The translations under genes and the position numbers were made by a program. The notes beneath the pieces are model-generated. The model saw only the letters and a list, made by a program, of their open reading frames with translations, searched no databases and had not been told where the DNA came from. Below are positions 27,700 to 40,725 of a DNA stretch of 64,000 nucleotides, piece after piece (the stretch's first letter is position 1; every line of letters starts with the position of its first letter). This DNA comes from Selaginella moellendorffii (Eukaryota > Plantae > Lycopodiophyta): the NCBI RefSeq assembly GCF_000143415.4, contig NW_003314348.1, positions 124,001-188,000 of the forward strand, read 5' to 3'.

Positions 27700-28350
27700 A
27701 TACTTTGGGTGTCAATCTAGAGTCTTATTGATCTCTATCTTAGAATTGCAAATGTTACATCATGGCACTTAAACTCTTTATCAAAGGTTTGATTTAGAGG
27801 AGTCACAGCAGCAGTGACTGCTAAATGAAATTATTAGTGGATTGATAAAGATTGTACTGTTGTATGACATGTTTGATGAGCTAGAGCATACAATCCTATT
27901 GCTAGGTAACGTGCTTGACCCAAGCTCTTGTTTTCAACTGCACACAATCACATTTTAATTGCTATTATAGCAACTAAAATATAATTGTGTGCATTATAGT
28001 TTTGGCATATAAATGCTATATATGAATCCAACCTATGTCAAGTTAGGATTGCTTATTACTGCAAAGGATTGCAAAGATGTCTAGAATTGCCAGACTGCAT
28101 ATTACAATTGGATAGCAAAAAACTTCAAAAATTGTCAGACACATTGCCTAAGAGGGGGATTGTGTGCTCTAGCTCATCCAATATGTTATACAACACCATC
28201 ATTTCTATATATCCATTAATAATTTCATTTAACAACAAGATTCTACTCACCCAAGATAAAACCCATCTGTGTTTGGTGAAAAGTTTGAATATGACATTTG
28301 AGATTCTAATGTAGAGATTGGTCAAATTCTAGATCAACACTTAAGTGCAC
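27700..28350. repeat. Old inverted duplication (arms ~27700-27950 and ~28090-28350)
   Basis: aaatgaaattattagtggat...gatgagctagagcatacaatcc (27824-27897) is the reverse complement of ggattgtgtgctctagctcatc...tccattaataatttcattt (28157-28230). Similarity extends on both sides. Confidence 0.75.
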
Positions 28351-28959
28351 ATAACTGTTGAAAATTATGACTATATACTTAGTGCCCCAAGAGCCTTAAT
28401 CAAGTGCTCTATCACATTAAAGTGGAAAGATATTTCCTCTCCTTTAAACATATGGTGCACTTTTGATTTCAAATGCACGAATGGATGAATATTTAAATGC
28501 CAAATTGGCATAACATCCAATGGAAAGTGGTGAAACCCATGGCTAACACTCTTTTGGCATGATGTTTGGTTTAACTAGACTTCCAATTAAATCAATAGAT
28601 TAATCACTTCATTGTGTATTTTTGTTAAACTAAAAGATGAAGAAGAAGATGTTGATGTGAGAATAATTAAAAATGGTTATATACTTTATAAAAACGTTAT
28701 ATGGAAAATATTATTTTGTTAGTCACACTTATGTGTTATACCAATTCAAGTGATTTAATTTTATATATTTTGTAGACTTATACATTTCTTGGGAGGTGTA
28801 CTTTCCCCCAAAACCTACAATCACAAATTATTTGTCATATCTTAAAATTATAAAAAAGAGAAATATAATTGTAGTAATTTAGATAGATTAATAGTTTTTT
28901 TAAATTTTTTTTTCCAATTTAGCTAATTATACTACTCTTCATTGTTATATCTCTCAGAG

Positions 28960-29320
28960 AGCTTAGAAATTATTTTCATAAAACCCTTATATTTATAATT
29001 TTGAATTGCTCAATGTTTTTTATAAATACTAATCTCAATATAATCTTTTGGAAACATTAAGAGCAAATAAATTAGTTGACAATCTTGCTTCAATTTATAT
29101 TGAATGCATATTTTTCCAATTTAAATAATTATACTATTTTTCATTCTTTTGGAAAGCTTTAGAGTTATTTTTATGAAAACTTTTATATTTAAAATTCTAA
29201 AGTGCTCAATAGTTTTAATAAATACCAATTGCAATGTAGTTTTTTGGAAGTATTAAAAGCAAATATACTAATTAACAATTTTGCTCTAATTTATGTTAAA
29301 TGCATTTTGTTCTAATTTAT
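28960..29320. repeat. AT-rich decayed tandem duplication, period ~195 bp
   Basis: agctt(t)agaRttatttt...tgctcaat...ttttggaa..attaaRagcaaata...aatttatRttRaatgcat occurs twice. Confidence 0.65.
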
Positions 29321-29507
29321 GTTAAATTAACTAAATTCAATTGTTCACACACCATAAAAAAAAACATTTGCATGCACAAATTCCTAAACTACATTTTTTT
29401 TTTAGATTTGATTGGCTACGTTCTTTGACTTGGCTACTAGAAGAAAAAAGCCCCAATCTTTTTCTTTTAACCTGCCAATCCAAGGAAATCTCCCAAATCT
29501 TTCATCC

Positions 29508-31328
29508 ATGGCGGTATGGCTATGGACGATCGCGGCGTTGTGCATAGCTCTGGTATGGAAGGGAGCGGCAAAGCTGTTGCTCAAGCCCTGGATCCTGGAG
29601 GCCAAGCTGCGGCAGCAGGGCATTCGCGGCCCGCCCAGGTCGATTCTCTCTGGAAATGTCTACGAGATCTTCCAAATGCGCGCTCGTACAGAGGCCGAAT
29701 GCATCCAAGGGCCGATCACTCACGACATTGTGGAATACGTCGAGCCACACCTCCTCCATTGGGCAAAACTCTATGGTACTAAAGCTATGCCTTTTTTTTT
29801 TTTTTTGTTGTGAATTTCTCTAGCAAATTTTCAAAACATTTCCTGCAGGACTTCCTCTGCTGTGGTGGTGGGGAACCGAGCCTGGCGTTGTTCTTACAGA
29901 CCTTGACATGATCAAAGAGGTGCTCTACAACAAATCTGGAGCGTTTTGGTCTCCGGAGTGGCAGCGAAAGTTCCAAGTCGATATTCTGGGCCGAGGCCTC
30001 GCTGTCGTGAATGGAGACGAATGGGCCTTCCGGCGTCGCATCCTCGCGCCTGCCTTTCACGCAGAGAAGATCAAGGCAAGCAACTGCAGTTTAGAATTTT
30101 TCTGGACGTCTAGAGATCTGTTTTTTATTTTTTATTTCTCTCTTGGCACAGTTCATGGTAGGGGGCATGCGAGATTGCGTAGCAGAAATGCTGGAGAAAT
30201 GGAATGCTCTCACAGTAGGCAAAGACGAGCCCATCGAACTGGAAGTCTGCAAGGAACTCACGACGCTAACTTCGGACATCATATCTCGAGCAGCGTTTGG
30301 CAGCAGCTATAAGAAGGGTCACAAAGTTTTCGAGCTGCTGGATCAAGTGGGAGGGCTTGTCTACAAGAAGTTCTCATCACCATGGATACAGAGGTACATA
30401 TAGACGTGTTTTCCACTTGCTAAACGATTCACGCATTGCCACAGCATGCTTCCGATCTGCAAAGTTAACAGGGAAATCAAAACTGCCAACTCCAAGCTCC
30501 GCTCGACGCTAGAAGAGATTGTCCAAGCGCGAAGAGATCAAAAGTTGGCGGGAGAGATCGACAACTATGGAAGTGATTTGCTCGGGATTATGCTGGACGA
30601 AGTTGATGCCGGGCACCACGACGACAAAACCGGGCTCTCCTTCACCACAGACAGCCTGATGGAAGAATGCAAGACGTTCTACATCGCGGGACAGGAGACC
30701 TCGGCTAAGTGGCTGGCATGGACGATGATGCTCCTCGCCGCAAATCCCTCCTGGCAGGAGCAAGCCCGAGAGGAAGTCCGCCAAGTCTGCCAGTCCCAAG
30801 CACCAGACGCTGAGAGCTTGAGCAAGCTAAAGATTGTAAGTTCTTCTTGATCTTCCTTGGACTTGCCTAAACCCCATAGCTTTGGCGGAACTCCAGGTCG
30901 GGATGGTGCTCAACGAGAGCTTGCGCTTGTACCCTCCTGCCGTTTTCAACGTCCGGACCTGCTACAAAGATGCCAAGCTTAGGCATTTGTCATTCCCGGA
31001 AGGAAGCGGAGTGATCATCCCCATCCTCTACCTCCTCCACGACAAGGACATCTGGGGCGACGACGCCAACGAGTTTAATCCCCAGCGCTTCGCGGATGGC
31101 ATCTCCAGCGCCTCCAAGAGCCACCACTCATGCGCGTTTCTCCCATTTTCTCAAGGCCAGCGTGTGTGCCTGGGCCAATCCTTCGCACAGATCGAGGCCA
31201 AGGTCGCCATGGCCATGATCTTGCAGAGATTTAGCTTCCGGCTATCGCCCACTTACCGGCACAGCCCCGTGCATCGGCTAGCGCTCCAGCCACAGCACGG
31301 CGTGCCTTTGCTCCTCGGAAGACCATAA
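29508..31328 (+). CDS. Cytochrome P450, CYP72 clan, close paralog of 535-2321; exons 29508-29775, 29849-30075, 30152-30393, 30445-30835, 30897-31328
   Basis: Same motifs (AGQETS, ESLR, FSQGQRVCLG), same intron positions and the same GC-AG intron 2. Confidence 0.92.
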
Positions 31329-31358
31329 ACGTCCCGTAAAAAAAGCCATAAGACAAAG

Positions 31359-31409
31359 GTTTCAGAAATGCAGTAGCTTACCAATGTTACAAGATGACGA
31401 TGAGGATCC
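31359..31409. other. ~50-bp copy of a PERK kinase exon segment (source 25063-25114)
   Basis: gtttcagaaatgcagtagcYtaccaatgttacaagatgacgatga(t)ggatcc is present at both loci in the same orientation. Confidence 0.85.
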
Positions 31410-31599
31410 TCGACTGAGCCGCGGACACCGCGAAGTTTATCAAGCTCGGAGAACCCTAGAGCTCGGATTTCAGCTTCAGGCTAATGATCAGGGCGATCTT
31501 ATGCCCTGTGAGCTAGATGAGGTTGACGAGGAGTGAGACGTTTTCATCATGGAGGTTCAGTCGCGCGTGTTTTGAAGCTATGGGATCCAGAGATAAAGT

Positions 31600-32005
31600 G
31601 GAGTATCCGTGTTGGTGTTAAAAAAATTGAATGCCGTGTTCGTGTTCGTGTTGGATTCGGAAACACTCCGGACCTGCTACCGAGTGGCAGATGGTCTCCA
31701 GCTTCATGAGCAACTGCTCCGGTTCCTCCTTGTGGGCCAATGTCCCATACTTTCGATAACTGGAAGTCTCTGGGAAAACGAAGAACAGCCGTTGGAGATG
31801 GAAATAGCGGATGGTGGAATGATCAAAACGTCTCAAAAGACTTGATGTTGGGGTTAGCGGAACATTCTGCGTGTTGGATATGGGAGCGATTGACATCACC
31901 CTGGGTGTCGAAACGTTAGAGCAGCTGGGAAATATCGTTGTTAATTTTGGAGAGCAGCTTCTCGCCTTTGAAAAGAACGGCCGGACATACAAATGGTCAA
32001 CCAGT
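31600..32005 (+). pseudogene. Retropepsin (retroelement-type aspartic protease) remnant with frameshifts
   Basis: FVFVLDS(G), MEIADG, FCVLDMGAIDITLGVETLEQLGNIVVNF resemble gypsy protease motifs (LxDSG ... D.ILG..WL). Confidence 0.6.
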
Positions 32006-32087
32006 CTCAATGGCGTCCATGGCTCAGTGTCGGAGGTTGGCGGCTAAAGGAGCGGTGTTTTGGAGTTATGATCGTGGCACCAGAAGC

Positions 32088-32460
32088 TTGATGCCGAGGG
32101 AGCAAGCTAAATATTGTAAGTTCATCTTGTTCTTCCTTGGACTTCACTAAACTCCATAGCTATGGGAAATTCCAGGTCGGGATGGTGCTCAACGAGAGCT
32201 TGCGCTTGTACCCCCGGCCCCCCTGCCGTTTTCAACTACAAAGATGCCAAGTTTGGGCATTTGTCATTCCCGGAAGGAAGCGAAGTGATCATCCCTATTC
32301 TCAACCTCCTCCAACACCATTTTCGCAAAGCTTGCCTGGGCCAATCATTCGCCTAGATCGAGGCCAAGGTCGCCATAGCCAGATATAGCGTCCGGCTATC
32401 CCCCACTTAGCTAGCGGCACAGCACGGCACGGCCTGCCTTTGCTCCTCGAAAGACTCTAA
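32088..32460 (+). pseudogene. CYP72-clan pseudogene fragment (end of exon 4, intron 4, deleted and frameshifted exon 5)
   Basis: gagcaagctaaa..gtaagttc...ccag|gtcgggatggtgctcaacgagagcttgcgcttgtacccc is nearly identical to 30820-30935, followed by frameshifts, deletions, CLGQSFA and a stop. Confidence 0.88.
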
Positions 32461-32633
32461 ACTTCCAAAAGTGTCCTATACTCAAACGGAATGAAAAGAA
32501 AACTCCCATTTCATGTTGCACTGTACAAGCGTCTCCACCCCGAAAAACAAAATTTTTTGCCGCGAAAGCGTCCTCCAGCCGCCTGCCTCCCTTTACAGGT
32601 AATTTACACTCCCGCCGAGAAGAGGAACAGCCT

Positions 32634-35600
32634 CTAGTCCTCTACGTGCTGTATCTCCCCCATGAGTATCCTGTTACTCGTCACGCTAAATCCTAGCAGC
32701 GATGGATCCACCACCTTCTTCCCCTTCTTTGCTTTCTTCTTCCCGGCCTTGGATTCCTGGAACTCGGTCTCCGCCGCTTTGCTCTTCTCGTAAAACTGCC
32801 CCTGTCCCCGGCTTGCCTGCTTCCAATCCTCGCTGATAACCGCGTCACTCACCGTGAAGACGCTGCGGAGAGCTTCCACTGGCAGCAGCTCCTTGCGCTG
32901 TAACAACTCGGACTTGAATGCCTGGACGTTGGCCGTGGAGCCGAGATACTGTGTGAGGTACTCACCGGCCTCGGCACTGGATGGGAGGGATAAGCAAAAC
33001 TCCAAGAGCGTCATATCTGGACAGAGCTGTCGCTTAGCACACGCAAAGACGGAACAAAAGTTGCGGACATACCATCGTTACCAGTCAGCTTTTTCATTTG
33101 GCTCTCGCACCACTGCCGGAATGCTTTGGCCTCTGCATTTGGGCCTGTACTCGGAGAAGTAACAACATCTAAAGATGGCAATAGATTAAAAATGTATAGA
33201 TGATCAACAAACAACGAGGACTTACCCTTCTTTCCAGCTACCTTCTTCACGGTATTCGGGGTTACTGGTGTCAACGGCCTTATCGAAGATGACAAGGATG
33301 GAAACTCCGCAGCACTGCCTTGTGAAACCGCGGCAGCAGAAGCTTGTCGAAATCCTGTCGCGAGCTCCTTGGCCGGGCCTTTCCTGCCCGATGACTCTTG
33401 CCTGTAACCAACATGTCAGTCTTAAGTCTCGCATAGACAATTATACCTTTCTGACTTGGCCGCTGGCTTGAGAGCATCTTCACCGTAGTCCCAGAACAGG
33501 TCCATATCGTCGTCAACCTTCGGTTTCGACTTGGAAGTCTTGTTCGCTTGGACAGGCGTCGCCACAGCGGGAGATGGTTTCTGCCACGCAGAGCCATTAA
33601 TACCTGCATTTCGAATGATTGCTGGCTTAGAGGCCGCAAGCTGCTGCTGCTGTAGCTGCAGCTGCTGTTGTTGCTGCTGCTGCAGAAGTCTGAGCCTCTT
33701 ATCTTGCTCCTCCCTGGCCTGACGTTCAGCCTCTTGGATCTCTTTCAGAGACTTAGCCGGTTTCACTTGTTTGTTTGTGTCAATCGACCAAGCAGCAAGT
33801 GGTTGAGAAACAGCTGGCTCTTCCCGAGCAAACATATAATCCGCAAGAGAAGGCCCTGGTGGCGGAGACGGTAAAATCTCTTTGCTCAGGTCTGGAAGCT
33901 GCTTCGAGCTGTTCGCCTTTGTTGTCGCAGAAGGGAACGCAGGGCTGTCGATGGCACTGACGTTAGACTTATTCGACTTGTTTTTGGATGCCCGCTTCTT
34001 GCTTTTCTTAGTTTCCTTTGGCTCGATAAAGTCGCCGTCTTCACTTTTGAATGGAGAAACTTCATCTGCCTCTTGCACGGTGGAGTAAGCTTGAGTTGGA
34101 GCAGGGGTAGGAACGTTTGTGTTCGATGTTGTCGACTTCTTGAACGATTCCTCCTCCTGAGACTCTTTCGGAGCTTTCGGCTGTGAAGCAGGAGCGACCC
34201 AGGCAGTTGGCGAAACGATCTTCTCCTCACTCTGCCTTTTAGCCTCCTGAAGCAAAATTTCGAGAGGAGTAGCAACCTCACTGTGCTGCTGAGCCTGGAG
34301 TAACGGTGATGTATTCTGTGCAGGAAGTGGTGGTTCATCAGCAATGCTTCGTAGCGGCTTGTTCCCCGCCACCTCAATATTCTCCTTGAAGTTCACTTCG
34401 GCTGTCGGCCACTGCTGCTGCTGCAAATTTCCTCCAGGCGAATATAACGAAACAGTTGGATTATTTTCAGCCTTGAAACTCTCCTGAGTAGGATCAGTCG
34501 GAATTCTTCCCAAGCTGAGGCTCCTCTCGAAGTGAGTGCTTAGAGCTACGTCCTTCTGATCACCAGTCCCAGGTGGCGCTGACGTCCGCATGAACTGCCC
34601 GTAGTCATCTATGTCCCATACGCCGGGCATTCTAGTTTTCTCAGCCGTCGGCCACTGCTGTGCAGGAGGTACGCTTACCTGCCGTAAAAGGTGACGCTCG
34701 TCTGTAGGATAGAACTGTCTGAATGCCGACTCGTGCTGGTGTTTCAACTGCGCCAACTGCTCTAGCGGATTACTAGAAGCTCGAACTCCAGGCTTTTCAG
34801 ATAACGGAGACGCGTCGGGCTGCCTGCTTAACGCCTCAAAGTTGGCATTCTGCAGTCGCTGATACTCGTTCATGCTCGCTTGTTGCAAAAGCAGCTGCTC
34901 AAGTAAAGTAGGATGTGGAGCTTGTTGATGCAGCTGCTGCTGTAACTGGAGTTGATGTTGTAGCTGCTGCTGCTGCTGCTGCTGCTGTTGTAACTGCTGC
35001 TGCTGTAGCTGCTGCTGCCTCATTTTGAGTAGCTGCTCAGTCGTTGGAGGTAAAACCTGCTGTGATATTGGCGAGTGTAGCTGTTCTAAAAGTAGTCCCG
35101 AACTCGTACGTTGAGGAAAATTCGGGTTTATGTGCTGGAAGACAAGTTCCGATTGTAGCTGCTGAGAACGAGGCCAATCGGCACCCGCCATAGCACCCGG
35201 CATAGGTGACAGCGGTGTCATGACATCCGTGGGTTTTACACTCGCTGACAGCTTAGCGACATCAGCTTCTGAAGAGTTGTCGTGTGGCCATTTTCCTTGA
35301 AAAAACCCTGGACCTTGATCAAGTTTTTCCAGCCGACCTTGCGAAAGTACAGCTATTCTCTTTCTTGCCAAGTCTTCTTCTGCAACCTCTGAATAGAAAA
35401 ATAAATTTAAGTTAGAAAAAAAGAAAAAACAAAGAAAAGAAAAAGAGTGAAAGAAATACCTGGCGTCAATCTACTAGAATCCGGCTTCACATCCAGTCTC
35501 TTCGTGTCAAGTTCTTGTAGTAAATGAAGGTTATTATCGAACCCCGCCTTCTCTTCCACTTTGACGTCAAAACCTGGAGGCACGCGAGCTTTCGGTTTCA

Positions 35601-37386
35601 AGTGCGGCATGATGTTCCCAAGCGGTACAAAACCAGTTCCCTCTGGAGCGTCGGAAAGACGAACGGGCAGGTCTATGTTGAAGAAGCCAGCTTCAAACCA
35701 TCCTATGATGTCTGCACCAATAAAGGGGCCTTGAATGACACCCTGAGGATCTGTATAAAAAAGTTGAAGGTCTTCTGGTCGCGGCTGCGGTTTGACTTGC
35801 TCTTCCTTTCGGGCACTTGGCTTCCAACCCCTATCTTCCTTGTAAGGATCCATGTCGTCTTCATTCACCTCCCATTTCTTGACTTCTTCAGTTGTTCTAT
35901 ATCGCCGAGCTTCGTCCCTCCTCCCGTCTTTTAAACCTGCACAATGGCATATATAAGAAAATTAATCTGTGCTAAACGCATGCATACCATTGTAGTTCGT
36001 CCGATTCTCGGAGTCCCCTTCGAAATCTCGAAAAGCGTCTTCATCACTGGCTTTATCGTCATCCTTGCCTGTCAAAGAGAAATTAGAGCTCAAGTGAATA
36101 ACCACAACACAATTACCAAATGCTCTTCCAAGCCCAATACGCGGTCGAACTCTTGCAGTCTCCTCACGAGGAACACGACCGTCTTTGGAAGCATTCTGTG
36201 CAGCTCCGCTACCAGTTATGTCCCCTTTCTGAATAGCTTCCAATACCACCTGCTCCAAAGAATTCAGGCAAGAAAAATAAACATCAAAGCGCATACCTCT
36301 TCATCATCATCGGGAGCGGAAACGGCCAGCGGTTCCACTGGCTTGTCCGTAGTTAGCTGTTCGACTTCAATGAAACCATCGGGGAGTTTCGGCTTGACTG
36401 GACAGCTCCGATAGATGTCAAGAAGCTTGCCTCTTGGATAACGGTAAGTTGAATCACCCCGTCCCGGACGCATTTCCGCTTTGTCACCGATATGACTTCC
36501 TTGCGCTCCAGGCAAGCCCGGACCATGCAGCGGGCCACTTCCATAAGTGTTGCGACCACGTCCCGCAGTAAACGTATCGCCACGCCCTCTTCCAAAACCC
36601 GGTGCAAACTTCGGTGGTGTACTCCCTAGTGGAGAAGCAGCTTCACCGCGTCTAGCATGCGGCGGAACCCATGCTCGGGAAGAGTTCTCGTGATCAGGCT
36701 CTCGAATGCTGATGGGATTACTTGCATGCCTGTCCTTCTCGCCTTCCTTGTCTGGATCCACCCATTTATCACGACGTGGTTCCTTGTCCTTGTCACCTGG
36801 ACCCCAGCGGCTGTTCCATTTGCTATCTCGACGATTATCATAGCTCGTGTCCCTGTTGGAGAAATCAGTCCACCGCTCTAAGTTGCCTCGTTTTCCTTCC
36901 CCCGGCTCCTTATCTAACCACCTCTTACCATCCGGTCCTTCTCGGTCACCGTCCTTCCACCTCTGTCTCGTGTTCTCCCTCTCGTCCTCTCTCCATTTAT
37001 CCCTGCGCTCGTCATTTCGCCACCACTTTCGATCGAGCTCGCGAGCACCATCCCCACGCCAGTTGTCCTTGTTGAGCTCGTGATGGAGTCCGGACCTGGG
37101 CGTATAAGGCGGCTCCTGCAACGATCAAGCCTCAAAACTAAGGAAAAAAATTCTTTCCACAAATAAGTCCTTACTCCGGCTGGTTTCTCGGACGATTTGG
37201 GATGGAGCCACTGTGGAGACAGCGGAAGATCGTTCTCTGCGCCATCTATGCACGAACCAAAGAAAAAGTCACGACTGTGGAACACAAACGAACAGAGAAG
37301 AGTGAACCTTTGACATCCGTGTCCAAAATATTCGCGAGAAGCTTCGATATCCCGTTATTCCCATCGTCTACGCCCACAGACACCAT
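32634..37386 (-). CDS. EXA1: GYF-domain protein, EXA1/GIGYF-like (multi-exon, poly-Q)
   Basis: N-terminal PLSPQWL, WR/DR-rich region, eIF4E-type motif YRYPRGKLLDIY, GYF domain (YTDPQGVIQGPF..WFEAGFF), SLKEIQ, FRQWCE, C-terminal KKGKKVVDPSLLGFSVTSNRILMGEI. Confidence 0.88.
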
Positions 37387-37753
37387 CCACGAGCTGAGCA
37401 CAAAGAAACCGACACAACGGCATCCTCACCTCGAGATTTCCAGGGCGGATTCACGACCTCAGCAGCGCCGGGAGCGTTGCCTGCTGCAATCCCGTCGGTC
37501 GCCTTGCCGTCCATCGCAAAAACCCTAGATCAAACCCTAGACTGCGATTCTAGCTCTGTGCCGCCTCGCCCCTGGCGAATCACCGAAAGCAACAGCAAAT
37601 CCAAGCTCCGCTCGCGCCCACAGCCTCCTCTCTCCGCTCTCGGGTATTAGGGCTTCCTGAGCAGAAAAAGTAAGTACAAGCCGGGGCCGTACGTACGGAA
37701 GATACTAGCTAGGGTTTAGGGTTTCTTGGGACGAGATGCGCAAGTAGGATAAA
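37387..37753. promoter_or_regulatory. Short bidirectional promoter (GYF gene / CPN60) with telo-boxes on both strands
   Basis: aaaccctag twice at ~37520-37540 and tagggttt twice at ~37710-37724, between head-to-head genes. Confidence 0.6.
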
Positions 37754-40412
37754 ATGTGGAGGGCTTTCTCTTCGCGCTTGAGGTATTTAGGTAGTACTTC
37801 TTGTTTCTCTCCATTTCAAGTGTGATTTTGTGCTCGTTTTTCCAGACTCCATGGAAGGTCTTCACAGGTAGCTTCTATCTCTTGTTTTTGCTGTGAATTT
37901 TGGGTGATTTTCTCAGTTCTCTACAGGGCGTTCGTTGGCTCAGGAGCTCTAGCAAGGAGTTTAAGCCTCCACTTCCAAAGGAAGTCATGTTTGGAGTGGA
38001 AGCAAGAGCTCTTATGCTGGAGGGAGTGAACGAGCTGGCCGATGCAGTGCAAGTGACCATGGGTCCCAAGGTGTGTGATGCGATACTTTTACACTCGTAC
38101 TCTGTTCTTAGAACGAGGAATTCTCTGTTTTTGTTGATAGGGGCGAAACGTCGTGATCGAGCTGAGTTATGGCACTCCCAAAATCACAAAGGATGGAGTG
38201 ACTGTTGCCAGGAGCATGGCTTTCGAAAACCGAGTAAAAAACGTTGGGGCTGCTCTGGTCAAGCAAGTTGCTAATGCTACCAATGCTGTGGCAGGGGATG
38301 GTAAGGCTTCCGGTTTTTTCTCTCTCTCTCTCTCTCTCTCTTCTTCTAAAACAGTTTTGAATGTGTTTTTTTTTTTCTTATAGGGACAACTCTGGCAACT
38401 GTTCTTGCGAGGTCCATATTTGCCGAAGGCACCAAGTCCGTGGCCGCTGGAATGAACGCCATGGATCTTCGCCGAGGCATGAATATGGCAGTGGACACGG
38501 TGGTGGAGTACCTCAAGAGCAAGGCGAAGACGATTAGCACTCCTACTGAATATGCTCAGGTCCGTGACGATTGTCTCGACAAATGTCCATCTTGTGAGTT
38601 CTTTCTCCAGGTTGCTTCGATCTCGGCCAACGGGGACGCCGAAGTAGGAGATTTGGTAGCCAAGGCATTGGAAAAAGTCGGCAAAGAGGGTGTCATCACA
38701 ATCAGCGTAAGCTCACAGCTAGACCTTTATACGATCTCTTTTTATATTTCCGATCTCAGGAGGGAAAAACACTTGAAAACGAGCTCGAGGTTATCGACGG
38801 TTTGAAGCTGGACAGAGGCTACTTGTTAACAAACTTTATCACCAACACCAGAACTCAGAAATGTGTAAGGAGTGAAATACTGCCCTCGTCATGATTTCCT
38901 GATTCACACTCTTTCAGGAACTCGATGATCCCCTCATTCTTGTGCACGAAAAAAAAATATCGGAGGCTAGCAAATTGAAGCCACTGCTTCAACTGGTGGT
39001 TAAGGTAGATTTTGTTTCAACTCAATCTTTCACAAGCTTGTGTTCTTTCAACTTTAGTTGCAAAGGCCGTTGTTTATCGTTGCGGATGATGTGGTGGGCG
39101 AAGCGTTGACGGCACTAGTCGTTAACAAAGTCCGCGCTGGTCTCAAGGTAACTCTTGTACGGATACTATTTGGTCGCTTTAATTCGTCACCAACATTCAG
39201 GTTTGCGTCATAAAAGCTCCTGGATTCGGCAGCTATCGAATAGATCACCTTCTCGACTTTGTAGCCTTGACGGGTTCAAAGGTGATGGAAACAAGATACT
39301 TCATTCTAACGACTTTCATCTCTTTCTTCAGCTTATAAGCGAAAGCACTAGTTTGAAACTCGAGGACGTAACAGTAGAAATGCTTGGAAATGCAAAGAAG
39401 GTTCGGAAACACTAGCCCGATAGACTAGTTGTCTTTATGCTCCTCTGCAGATTATTGTAACCAAAGACGACACTATCATTTTAGGTGCTGTGGGTGATAA
39501 GCAAGTTATTCAAGAGCGACGGGACGAGGCAAGTAGTGCGAGATTCTAAAAATGTCACTGCAATTTTTTGCTTTTCAGGTGACATCTCAGCTAAAGAAAG
39601 CTACTGCGAAATTTGACAAGGAAAAACTGGAGCAAAGACTCTCCAGGTTATCTGGAGGGGTAGCTGTGATCAAGGTGAGAGCAATTTAAATGATTTCCGC
39701 TATTTTTATTTTTATTTTTTCTCTTATTAGGTGGGTGGAGCCAGCGATGTTGAAATATCGGAAAAAAAAGATCGAGTAGTGGATGCCTTGAATTCTGCGA
39801 GAGCAGCTGCTTATGAAGGAATTGTGCCAGGTAGAGCCATGTAAGCTAGACTTTGTGGTAAACACTCATCCTGCAGGTGGTGGAGTAGCTCTTCTTCAAG
39901 CCTCCCGTGAGCTTGATAAGATCAAAACAACAAATTTTGAGGAGAAGGTTGGAGTTCAGATCATTCAAATAGCCATGAAGGTATGGTAAAAAGTGTATCG
40001 CTTTGAACTTGACGAAAACTTGCAGATACCCGCTTATATCATCGCCGCAAATGCTGGATACGAAGCATCCATGGTTGTAGGGAAACTGCTGGAGAAGATT
40101 GAAAACGATAGCTTTGGCTTCGACGCTGCTCAAGGTGAATCCAACAGATACTTCCATTTTCGTTTTCCTTGCGTACTCATGAGCTACACAGGCGAGTACG
40201 TGGACATGTTCAAGGCAGGCATTGTGGACCCAGTGAAAGTTTTGAGAAGGGCAATCCAGGATGCTGTCAGGTATGTTCTTTCAAAATCTCGTGATTTAGT
40301 GTGCTTTGGTCAATCCATTTATGACAGTGTTTCAACTCTCTTGACGACAACGGAAGCAGTTGTTTACCCAAATTACACATCCAATAGTAACTCTAACTTA
40401 CATTATAATTAG
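37754..40412 (+). CDS. CPN60: Mitochondrial-type chaperonin 60, divergent, many short introns, lacks GGM tail
   Basis: Arg/Ser-rich presequence [84 protein letters not shown]. Confidence 0.88.
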
Positions 40413-40481
40413 TAGTATATTGTGTATTGCACCTTCAATAATAACTCTAATTTACATTATAATTAGTAGTATATTGTGTAT
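40383..40481. repeat. ~54-bp AT-rich tandem duplication overlapping the CPN60 stop codon
   Basis: aataRtaactctaaYttacattataattagtagtatattgtgtat occurs twice. Confidence 0.85.
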
Positions 40482-40725
40482 GACTAGTTATGACGGTTAT
40501 TAGTAGTAATACTTTGAGAATAAATTCTTAAAATTATATTGAGCAAATTCCAAATTAGCACCACACATAAAAACCTATTATAAATTTTAATAAAATCATA
40601 GATATTGTATACTATTATTAGTTTAATGGGTTTTTGATAGACTATTTGCTTTATATATAAATAAAGGTTAGTTTAATTGAATATACATATATATGCACTC
40701 ATATGTATGAAGTTAGAGGCGTAGC

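Noticed and set aside
33640-35030. CAG/CTG triplet arrays as stand-alone microsatellites
   Set aside because: They encode the poly-Q tracts usual in GYF/GIGYF proteins.
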